Source of the DNA: Mesotaenium endlicherianum
Lineage: Eukaryota
Reading direction: 5' to 3'
Assembly: GCA_009602735.1 (NCBI GenBank)
Contig: WELA01003606.1
Coordinates: 204,770-236,645, forward strand
Length of the DNA: 31,876 nt
The stretch's first letter is position 1, and the number at the start of each line of letters is the position of its first letter. The position numbers and the translations under genes are program-made. Of this stretch, positions 22,430 to 31,876 are shown piece by piece. The notes under the pieces were generated by a model, which saw only the letters and a program-made list of their open reading frames with translations, made no database searches and had not been told where the DNA came from.

Positions 22430-23376
22430 GTTCTAAGGCAGTCCACACACTGGCTACAAGCAAGCTTTGCCAAGCTGAATGTATGTTATTAGCGAATGTA
22501 TAAACACCAAGTATGCAAGCACACACAATCCGGATTGTTACATATACTCACAAGGCAATCTTGAACAACATATTGAAGCAATGTAATCTCGACTCCATTG
22601 CCATACGCAGTACATAACTTGCTCCTACTTAGTGACGTACCAGCTATGGCAGTCCTCAGTCTCGCCACAACACGTTCTGCCAAAGCTGCCTGGTACAGTG
22701 CTGACCACGATGCAGAACATGGCTACCTATCTGCTCATTGTGCCACTGCCGAGCTGGCTAGCCAGCTCATGTCTACTATACCCTGGTTAGCAGCTACTTA
22801 CCGAATATCCCTTTTCAGCCCGTGCTGCTGGCAAATGCATCTACTGGTACCATCCTAAACTGCCCAGTGAGGCCTGCCTACCACGATGCCAGGTGGCGGA
22901 AAGCTAGGTACCTACCCAGGCTGTTCCACCGACCTGGGGGTCAGACTGGCTCATACTAAGCTGGGCTCCAGCCAAAGACGCTTTCTGGCCAGTGATGAGC
23001 CCTGGCCAAGCCCCTACCCGGGCTCAACCACTTCCCACTCATCCTTACACATGTGACTCTATTCTTGAATTGGTAAATGATGATGAGTTTGAAGTTTGAA
23101 TGGTTGAAAGGTAGTCTACATTAGGCAATGCTCATGGGCTCGGTGCAAGCAAGGGCTATATATAGAGGGATCATACGGCTGGATGAATTGGCCTCACGTA
23201 ACACATTGTAACCACATTTGCGCAAGCGAAGCAAAGACGCTTACGAGGAGGACAGTGACATATTTACGCTTGCACTACGCTACGATAAGAGGGCAAGCAG
23301 ATGATAGCGAATCAATGAGCAACGCTAAATGGCAACTACCAACCATTGAGAGAAACAGCTACACCTTTTCTTCTTC

Positions 23377-23584
23377 CTAACGCCTAGTCATGCAAGGGTC
23401 ACATTGACAGAAAGTGCGTGATTTACACCGATAGCTCACTTTCTCAAGGCCTAAGAAGACTGTAACAGGGACGACAGCTGTTGCGGCATTTGGACCATTG
23501 ATGCCCAAAACTTTGAGACCACCAACAGAGAAAGCCACGGGGGCACACCAACACTGCCGAGGTACTCCCAAGTATACCATCAAT
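23377..23584 (-). CDS. Possible extra terminal exon of the receptor-like gene (LMVYLGVPRQCW...)
   Basis: A donor at 23692 and acceptor GGCAG ending at 23585 give an in-frame join to a 68-codon ORF; no motif support. Confidence 0.3.
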
Positions 23585-23688
23585 CTGCCCGCGATTCACG
23601 ACAGGCTATTTGTTGTAGGAGAGAATGCCCACTGTGAAATGGATGGAACACAAAAATGAGGGGCTTCTATGAATAAGTGTTAAGCGTT

Positions 23689-24798
23689 CTACCTCGGAAA
23701 ATATCTCATGAACCACAGATTCATCCTGAGCAAGAAAGGAACCCGTCCTTGGGGTCCTTCGGTTGCATCGTCCTCCAAATCCTTGTCCAGGAGTTGTGAA
23801 GAGAAGGCAAGCCTGATGCGCACGGCAGCAATCAAGTCCCGCATCGCCTGCAAGGAGTCCTCCCCGCAATACAGCAGCCATGCAACAATCTGCAGGAGCA
23901 TGCGCCGGCTCAGGAGGAGCCTGATGGAGTCGCCGCCCCTGCTCTTTTCCCGGAACATATTCACGTACACCGACTGCAACCGCCCGAGCTGGCGGGTGCT
24001 CTTCCCAAAGCGGTCGGCGCGCCGCACCTCCGCAGCCTCCGGGTCTTGCCGCCTCCCAGCAGTGACACTCCTCGACGATCCTCCTCCGCCACCGCCGCCG
24101 TCGTCGGCGGCGCCGCCGTGGCCACTGGCACCGACGGCGCAGCCGCCACTGCTCGCATGATTGTTGTCGTCGCTGTCGCCGTAGAGCAGCTGCACGACCA
24201 CCGCGTACTGCAGTTCTGTCGTGAAGTCGGAGAAGGCGCGCGACGTGCGCTCCACCTCCTGCTCAGAGGGCGCGTGCAGCGCGTAGTGTTGTCGGACGTT
24301 TTGCAGTGCGCGGAAGTCGTCCGCAGTGGCCGCCATGAAGAACCGATGGAGCACGCGCGGATGGAACCAGTCTGTGATCGTTTCCAGGGGGGCGGATCCG
24401 GCGGTGCCCGGCTCCCGGAGGGCCGCCGTCTGACGCACGGACGCATGCGTGGCGTGCACATGGAACGGGACGAGGCGCGCCCACGCCCTGACAGGTGGCT
24501 CCAGGGGGCCCGAGTGCAGCCGGGCCCAACGACGCAGCCATCCGCTCAGCCAGAGGCACTTGGCGTCGTATGGCACAAACAGCAGGCTGCCGAGGAGGTA
24601 CAGCGCGACGGCAGCGCCGCCCAGCGCAGAGGCGGCAGCGCCGTGCACGGTGGAGCTGTTGCCCATGCCAGCCAGGAGGAACAGCACCTGGCCCAAAAGG
24701 AGCGCTTCCTGGAGCATGTTGAGGCTCAGGCTGCGGCACGGGTGCAGGTGGTACTGCAGGAGCATGGCCGCCAGGGTGACGCACAGGGTCAGCATCGC
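23689..24798 (-). CDS. Receptor-like gene exon: last TM helices (QAML...HP...LNMLQ) and a helical cytoplasmic tail
   Basis: Acceptor GTGCAG; ends at TAG 23689-23691, or alternatively splices at AG|GTAGAA. Confidence 0.8.
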   Translation of the reverse strand, partial: AMLTLCVTLAAMLLQYHLHPCRSLSLNMLQEALLLGQVLFLLAGMGNSSTVHGAAASALGGAAVALYLLGSLLFVPYDAKCLWLSGWLRRWARLHSGPLEPPVRAWARLVPFHVHATHASVRQTAALREPGTAGSAPLETITDWFHPRVLHRFFMAATADDFRALQNVRQHYALHAPSEQEVERTSRAFSDFTTELQYAVVVQLLYGDSDDNNHASSGGCAVGASGHGGAADDGGGGGGGSSRSVTAGRRQDPEAAEVRRADRFGKSTRQLGRLQSVYVNMFREKSRGGDSIRLLLSRRMLLQIVAWLLYCGEDSLQAMRDLIAAVRIRLAFSSQLLDKDLEDDATEGPQGRVPFLLRMNLWFMRYFPR

Positions 24799-27700
24799 CT
24801 GCACGCACACCCGATCCGCCCGCCCACACCACACTAGTTCCCGTCATGCATGCCACTCATGCACACTGGTAGCCCCCCTCCCCCCGGGGGGGCTTACATG
24901 TGGCTGGGGTTATGGGGCCGGGGCTATGGGGCTGGGGCTGATCCAAGGCATCGCCCTGCTCATGGACGCAGGCTTTTCTATCCTGGCCACGAGGCGGGTC
25001 TGGGGATGATCACAAGGCGTCACATGACAGAAACCCAAAAGCATAACCCGCAGAACTTAGGCCAGAAGTCCTAGACATGAGACTGTCATACGGCAGGGCC
25101 TCAGATGGGAGAGCTCTCAACAGTTAGCAAGTCCTGCAGCCTGGCCGTGTGACAGCCCTGCGTGTAATGCTCACGCCCTCTGGAAGATGCCGCAAGCGTT
25201 TCCCTCTACAGTGCAGAATGGCCGGCTCCTTGCCGACGCTGCATGACATCCAGATGGCCCCCCACCGGCATCCGGGCCTTGGCTCCCACACCCTCAGCGC
25301 GTGCCTGGGCGGCCAGAGCTCCCATCTGCACTTCCACAAAAACCGCGGCTTTCTCCAGATAGTCGCCCTGTTGACACCCCGATTCAGCCAGGGAGTGGAG
25401 GGAAGAAAAGGGGGGGGNNNNNNNNNNNNNNNNNNNNNNNNNNNNNNNNNNNNNNNNNNNNNNNNNNNNNNNNNNNNNNNNNNNNNNNNNNNNNNNNNNN
25501 NNNNNNNNNNNNNNNNNNNNNNNNNNNNNNNNNNNNNNNNNNNNNNNNNNNNNNNNNNNNNNNNNNNNNNNNNNNNNNNNNNNNNNNNNNNNNNNNNNNN
25601 NNNNNNNNNNNNNNNNNNNNNNNNNNNNNNNNNNNNNNNNNNNNNNNNNNNGGGGGGGGGAGAGGGGGGGTGGTAAGGGCTAAGAGGCGCGCACACCTGG
25701 AGGCTGGGGTTGCTGACGAGGAAGACGGAGATGGAGACAAACGCGACGCGTCGCAGCGAGAGGAAGGGCACGTAGTACCACCAGCGCTGCGGCTCGTAGC
25801 GCTCGTACATCCACCCGAACATCTCGATGAAGCCCTTGTGGTGCAGCCTGTCGGTCGCGCGGCCATAGGCGAGCACGCCTGTGGTGACCAGGGGGAAGCC
25901 CGCGACGTACACCACTGCGGAACGAGACAACGGCAAGATTTTGACGTTCGGTGGAGCACTGCCTTACAGGGGCGCGCGCACGTGCCGGCTCACACGTGCA
26001 CGCTTGTGCACACGTACCCACACGCGCACGAGCGCAAACACCTCTGTCCTTCCCTCAGCAAAATAATATGCAACGCTTGCTCGTGAGGAAGTGACATGGG
26101 CACACACGGACGCATACGTGCACGCCTGCACGTGTGCCTGCGAGCAGAGACACACACACACATTCATTCTCTCTCACATACACACCAAACATACGGCCGC
26201 GCTCGCGGGCGGAAGGAGAGACGTACCCAAGTAGAGGATGGCAAACGGCACGAGCCGGTGGTGCGTGTGCGACTCCCACGAGATGGTCACGTCCGCGCTG
26301 ACCACGCGCGCGTCATACTCCGCGCTGCTGAACACCTGGAAGCAGCGCATGGCCACGCTGATGTAGAAGATGTTGAGCGCCTGCCCCACCAGCCCCACCA
26401 GCTGGCGGACGTGCTGCCGCCGCGTGTGCCGCGCTGGCGGCGGCTCGGGTCCCGCGGCTGAGGGGCGGCGCCTGAGCAGCAGCAGGGAGACGAGCTCCAG
26501 GTAGAGGAAGTAGCACACGCACATCGCAATGCCGACAAGTGGCAGGCCCGCGGACACCACCCAGCGGTGCGTGAAGGTGTAGGAGCCCATCACACAGTCG
26601 GGGCCCAGGAAATCTGCACGCCCAAAGCCGAGAGAGCACGCGTGCCACCGCCGCGTCCCAGTTTAGGAGGGGGCGGGCAGGCGGGGGAGCCGGCGGGCGG
26701 GCGGGCGGGGGACGACACCAGCAGCCAGGTGGCTGCGCGGGTGCAGAGCCACAGCCGGGCACGTGCCAGGTGGCCGAAGGCCCTCGTCCTCACTCCTACC
26801 TGTCCCCGATGCACCTCTGATCCTAAGTGCATGTGGTGTTGCTGCTCGCGCTGATGCTGGCAGCGCGCTTCGAGCACCACCTCTGGAAGACCTGTCGCTT
26901 ACAGGCAGGAGAGGCACCCACCTCCCAGGTGCTCACAAGTACGCGTGCGAGGGCTTGCATAGATGCACGAGCGTTTGCTACACGTGGGTCTGGGCCGCAC
27001 ACGGGCCATCGACTGACAGGGGAGGGAAGGCAGTATGTGCAACGAGGGCAAGCAGACATCAACACACACACTTGCCCTCCCACCTTGCAAACCGTGCAAG
27101 CAACACACAGAGTTATTTACACGCACCAAAAGAGCAAGCGACCACCGGCAGCAAAAGACACAGAGAACATAAACAACGCATCTCAGAAGAGGAGAAAATG
27201 TTCAAAGCCATCGGCCCAGGAAGGCCGGCCTACAAAGCCTGGGGACTGGGCAGAGGGGCCGGCCAGCCAGACCGGTCGGCAGGCGGGCGGGCAGGCGGGC
27301 CGGCGGGTGGCGCACCTGGATCGAAGAGCGACACCTGGAAGATGCGCATGAAGAGATTGATCCAGCCCTGGAAGTAGTTGAGGTTGTAGCCGCCCAGCGT
27401 GGTGAGGAACTGCATCTCCGTGAGGAGGATGCCCATGCTCCCGAAGAGGCTGCACAGCACGTTGAGCGCCATCCACGCGGCCACCACCAGCACCGCCAGC
27501 AGCACCCACAGGCGCTTGTACAGGCGCGAGCACTTCTGGCACTTGTTCACACCCGACAAAAAGTAGTAGCCCTCCGCGCACTTGGAGCACATCCTGCAGA
27601 GAGGGCCCCGCGTGCGACACACGCACACACGCACGCACGCACGCACACACACGCACACACACGCACACACACGCACACACAGAGACACACACGGAATGAG

Positions 27701-30700
27701 ACGCACGCACCAGACACGCATCAGGAAGCCAGCGCTCGCTGTGCCAGGCTGGGGGCCTCTGAAAGCCTGACCCCATCAGCGTCTGCTCTCAAGTTTGAGG
27801 GAAAAGAGGGGCGGAGGGAGTGTGGGGGCGGCGCATGCGAGCATTGGTCGGAGTTGTTTATGTACAACTCGACGCGTGATTTCGGTACCTCAAGATATCA
27901 CTTTGTTTGCATCGGTACAGTGGTATCAGAGCACAAAAGCACGCAACCATGTCCAAGAGGGACAAAGGGAGGAGGAGGTGAAAGTCAGATGCTGCCCTCA
28001 ATTCCTCCACCCCGCCCACCAGGACATACCCTGTGTGGTTCCACCTCCTCCCCCCCGTCTAGAGAACCACAGTCAAGTAGGCTACTTCAAGCAGAGGCAC
28101 AACAGCGTGTGCGGGACCGACAGGTGTCACGGTGGTTCTGCGCCAGGACCTTCTCACACTTGGGGCCACAACAACCAGGAAGGGGCTGACAGCAGCAGGC
28201 AGCAGGCGCAGTGGAGGCAGGCTGCGCCCCTCTATGTGCGCACCGTTTCCATCACAGCCTTGAGATACAAGCATGCTCCCCCCCCCACCCAACACACACA
28301 CAAAGCGTGCACGGGGACATTCATTCACGCACACATGCACCTCCGAAGTCCCATCCCCCCTCCAACCCCAGCCCACTCCCCCTCCCCGTCCCCCACCGGC
28401 ACACTCTGGGGAGGAGACCTGGCTTCTAACCAACTCGAGCCCGAGCCTCAAACCGAACCTGAGCCCAAGCCCGAGCCCGAGCCTGTGTGCCGCTCGTGAT
28501 AGTAAGCACAGCCAGCACTGCGCCTGCATGTGCGGAGGGAGAGGGGCAGGGCGCCGTACCTCTCGTTGCGGTACCCGGGGGCGCACTGGGCAGTGGAGTT
28601 GGGGGGGATGCTGAGGTGGAAGGCGGCGCCCTGGCAGCCGGCGGGCGCGAAGGAGCACTGGTACGCCTGCGAGTTGGAGCGCAGCTGCGCCAGGTTGGCC
28701 CAGCACCCGGGCTTGATGGTGAGCGTGCCGTTGGCGCACGCCAGGTTGTCGCCGAGGCACCGCGCGCACTCGCCGGCGCCGCTCGCGCGCTCGGCGAACG
28801 AGAACGTGCCATCTGGGCACGCCTGGTGGCTCCTGGAGGCCTCGCAGTAGTACCCCAGCTCGCACGGTACGCACTCCAACCCCCCCTCCTCCTCTGCAGC
28901 CCCCGCGCGCCCCTCCCCCTCAGCTGCCGCCGCTGTTGCATTGGCGCAGCCCGTGGTCCCTCCAGCCGCAGTTGCAGCAGCGACGGCAGGGGCCGCGGCG
29001 GTGGCGGGTGCGAGGATGGAGGGGCGGCGGTAGAAGCCGGCGGGACAGAAACGGACGGTGAGGTTGGCGGCGAGGGGCACAGGCCATTCGCCGGCGGAGC
29101 TGCGCACGAGCACGGGCGTGGAGAAGCGCAGGCCGGCGTCGACGGCTGCGCGCGCGTCCGTCTCGGGACGCGTCTGCGCCACCACTGCCGTCCACTCGAA
29201 CCCGTCGGCCGCCGCCACCGCCGCCAGCACGCCCGTGAGATGTGGGTCGGGCTCGATTGACGCGATCGTCGACCCCGTCGCCACAAACGCCACGTTCCCG
29301 TAGGTGTCCAGCAGCTGTGCACGCAGAGGTGGCGCCCTCTCGTTGCTTGTCAGCAGTAGCACGCCCCCTGCGAGCATGCTGCTATTGCTATTACCCCCGC
29401 CGCAGCCTCTTGCACTACCGCCACCACCGCCGCTGCTGCTGCTGCCGGCGCCGTTGCCGCCCAGCAGCAGGCGGACGGAGGTGGGGGCAGTAGCCAGGAA
29501 GCTGCCGTGTGCCGCCCGGTTGCCGCCCGCATCGAAGCACGCGAGGCACTCAACGAAGGTGGGGGCCGCCCGGAGGTACGCCTGGTACACGCCGCCGCCC
29601 CTCTTGGCCACGTTGCTGCCGAAGCTGAGGTTTTGCAGCCGCAGGTTGGACGGCGACACCAGCGCTATGCCCCCCCCCTCCCCATACGAGCGCAGCACCA
29701 GCTGCGCGTCACTGCCGCCGCTGCCGCTGCCGCCGCTGCTGCTGCTGCTGGTGGCGCTGGTGGTGGTGGTAGTGTTCCCTCCGCCTGCGCCTGCCTCTCC
29801 CGCTGCCGAGATCTTAATACCGCTCTCGCCCCCACCATCGCCCCCGCCATCGCCCCCGCCCTCGCCCCCGCCCTCGCCCCCGCTCTCGCTCTCGCTTGCG
29901 CTCCCACTTGTGCTCTTGCTCCCCTCAACCGCTATCGACTTGTCATGGGTGGATGGGTCGAAGGAGGCGGAGGAGGAGGAGGAGGAGGAGGATGCGTTGC
30001 CGCGTGCAAAGTTGCCGCTGAAGACCGAATTGGAGACGAGACTGCTGCCGCCGTCGATCTGCGAGAGCGCCAGCGCTCCGCCCTGCGCCGCCACATTGCT
30101 GACAAACTGGCAGCCCTCCACCTGGATTGCAAAGCCCGCCTCCGCCTCGACCAAGATGGCGCCGCCCGGCGCGGAGAGCGCCGAGTTGCCCCCCATGTAG
30201 CTGTCGTGGAGGCTCACGTTGCTGCGCCCCCGCGCCGCCAGCACGCCGCCGCCGGTTGCGGCCGCCCGGTTGCCCTCGGCCTGCACCTCGTCCATTGCCA
30301 GGCTGGCGCTGTCATCTACCGCGAAGCCGCCGCCCGTGCCCGCCACATTGCCGCGCAGGCTGCACCTCGTCAGGCTTGCCGCCGCCCGGCCGCCCATGTA
30401 GCCCACGCCGCCCGTCTCTGCAGCATTTTCTAAGAAGTTGCACCCCCTGGCGGTGAAGGCGGCACCGTCCCCCGCATACACGCAGCCCCCGCGGGCGGCC
30501 CCCGCGTTGCCCTCGAACACGCAGCCAGTTGCAAGCATCGAACTCTCCAACTGCAGGAAAGCAACGCCCCCGCTGCCGGAGGCCGCGTTGCCCACAAACT
30601 GACAGCTGGCAAACTCGAGGCGCGCGGCCAGCAGCGTGTAAACCACGCCACCCGCCTGCGCGCGGTTTTGGATGAACGCGGTCAGCCGCCCGCGGATCGT

Positions 30701-31797
30701 GGGGGAGCCGAACGCGTGCAGGGCCCCGCCGCCCTTTCCGGCCGAGTTGTTGCGCAGCTGACACGTGTCCAGGAGGGCGTGCGCGTCCCTGTTGACGCTC
30801 AGGGCGCCGCCGTCGTCCACGGCCTCGTTCTGTGAGAGCACCGCGCCTGCGAGGGCGAGCTGCGACGAGCTGTCGGTGCACACGGCGCCGCCCGTGCTGG
30901 CCGCATTGGAGGAGAAGTTTGAGAGGGACACGTTGGCCCTGCTGGAGTCCGTGAGGTAGAGGCCGCCCCCCAGCAGGCCCCCGTGGTTGGCGTCAAACTG
31001 CGACGTTCTCACGCGCAGCGACGAATTAAGGCTGGCTGCAGAGTTCGCATGCAGCACCCAAAAACACACACGCACGTGCGCCGCGCGCGCACACACACGC
31101 ACGCGCACACACAAACACAAGGGAGAAGGCAGGCAGGGAGGGAGGGAGGGAGGGAGATGAAGTCAGCAGCAGGCACCGGTGGCTAGACGCCAGTGGTGGA
31201 AGTGTGCGGCATCCCGGCCAACAGACGTACAATTAATGCACGCCAGGAAGGGGAATTAAGCGACGCCAGAAGAAAACCTGCATGCTGAGGCGCGCAGTTG
31301 CTGCCCCCACTGCCAACTTTCAAGGCATTGGCTGCACTCCTCCTCCTGGGGGGCCTAGCACACATGCCTGAGAGCACCTGCACCCTCCCTGGGCCCAAAA
31401 TGGAACACCTTCCTTCCTGGCACGCCCATGCTTCTTTCGCCCTTCCCCCCCTCCTCTCCCACAGCCCTCATTAGGCGGACCTGCCATGCAGCCCAGCCCG
31501 TCACAACAGATTCCTACAACTAACTCCCCAAGCTCCATCCCAAAAACCCGAACCCTACCTCATATACCTATCACCGTACTCCCGGGCTCCGCACTTTCCA
31601 GCGCTTACAGGAGATGGCGCCGCCGTTGGTCTTGGCGTTGTTGCGCTGGAAGATGCTGCCGCTCACGGCCAGCCGCTGACCAAACAGCGCCACGGCCCCG
31701 CCGCCGTCGACCTGCGCAACGTTTCCATCGAACAGAGTGCTGGCTACTTGGACAGGCGCCACGTCGTCACCCACGTAGATTGCCCCCCCGCCGCCAG
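23689..31797 (-). CDS. Multi-exon gene: Pmp-like (GGA/FxxN) beta-helix ectodomain, Cys-rich repeats, multi-pass TM domain and cytoplasmic tail; 5' end beyond the right edge
   Basis: Exons 31797-31609, 31035-28560, 27593-27316, 26613-26227, 25914-25697, 24798-23689; GT-AG introns with matching phases; about 1,550 aa visible. Confidence 0.85.
25418..25651. other. Assembly gap (234 N) within an intron
   Basis: N run flanked by poly-G on both sides. Confidence 0.99.
25697..25914 (-). CDS. Receptor-like gene exon: YVAGFP...FGWMYERYEPQRWW...RRVAFV
   Basis: GxxYxxYxxxxWW-type motif seen in algal/protist multi-TM proteins of the TRP_C-like group; donor CAG|GTGTGC. Confidence 0.85.
26227..26613 (-). 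CDS. Receptor-like gene exon: TM helices (DFLGPDC...LPLVGIAM...ADVTISW...PFAILYL)
   Basis: Phase-1 junctions on both sides; hydrophobic segments. Confidence 0.85.
27316..27593 (-). CDS. Receptor-like gene exon: CSKCAEGYY...CQKC and the first TM helices
   Basis: Joins GYRNER to MCSKC; hydrophobic LWVLLAVLVVAAWMAL; donor G|GTGCGC. Confidence 0.85.
27617..27691. repeat. (CA)n/(CACG)n microsatellite at an intron 3' end
   Basis: acacgcacacacgcacgcacgc... directly visible. Confidence 0.9.
28560..31035 (-). CDS. Receptor-like gene main exon: many FxxN-x-A-x(2,3)-GG repeats, Ser/Gly insertions, Cys-rich region (CVPCELGYYC...CPDGTFS...CAPGYRNE)
   Basis: Lies within the 890-aa ORF; acceptor CTGCAG|CC, donor AG|GTACGG. 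Confidence 0.9.
31609..31797 (-). CDS. Receptor-like gene exon with GGAI/FxxN repeats
   Basis: GGGAIYV...FDGNVAQVDGGGAV...FQRNNAKTNGGAIS; acceptor GTCAG, donor T|GTAAGC. Confidence 0.85.
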
Positions 31798-31876
31798 CTG
31801 ACACACAACACGGCAGACACACAGCGATCCAGGAGGCAGAACGTTATGCCACCTCAACAATAAGAGGGCCGGGGGG

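Noticed and set aside
22990..23100. GTGATGA/ATGATGA C-box-like motifs suggesting a snoRNA
   Set aside because: No suitably placed CTGA D box or terminal stem was seen.
28436..28483. Degenerate (GAGCCC)n hexamer run resembling telomeric repeat
   Set aside because: Short, intronic and not a match to TTAGGG or TTTAGGG arrays.
28560..31797. Bacterial (chlamydial) contamination or recent horizontal transfer of a pmp gene
   Set aside because: The gene has spliceosomal introns in the host style and a eukaryotic Cys-rich/TM C-terminus, with no autotransporter barrel.
1..31876. CRISPR arrays, tRNA/rRNA genes, prokaryotic operon structure
   Set aside because: None seen; the repeats are simple sequence or the single large duplication, and the DNA is eukaryotic.

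Overview
GC-rich, intron-containing eukaryotic DNA. A green alga, possibly a streptophyte, is inferred from intron style and gene content, not established. Two minus-strand multi-exon genes can be assembled by hand with GT-AG introns and consistent phases. (1) About 359-20597, running off the left edge: a very large chromatin protein (about 2,590 aa within the window). It has a low-complexity N-terminus, PWWP, an ER/K helix, a PHD finger, a double chromodomain, and a SNF2-type ATPase lobe whose Walker A, Walker B and motif III are all degenerate. This reads as a CHD3-derived, MOM1-like pseudo-remodeller with an extra PWWP domain. (2) About 23689-31797, running off the right edge: a membrane protein with GGA/FxxN (Pmp-like) beta-helix repeats, a Cys-rich region and about 9 TM segments. 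A 6.6 kb block (4656-11237) recurs apparently identically at 11891-18472 across an N gap. Collapsing it restores one intact gene, so it is probably an assembly artefact. The AT-richer spacer (about 20.6-23.4 kb) has weak gag-like relics. Most ORFs in the supplied track are shadow ORFs of GC-rich exons or microsatellites.
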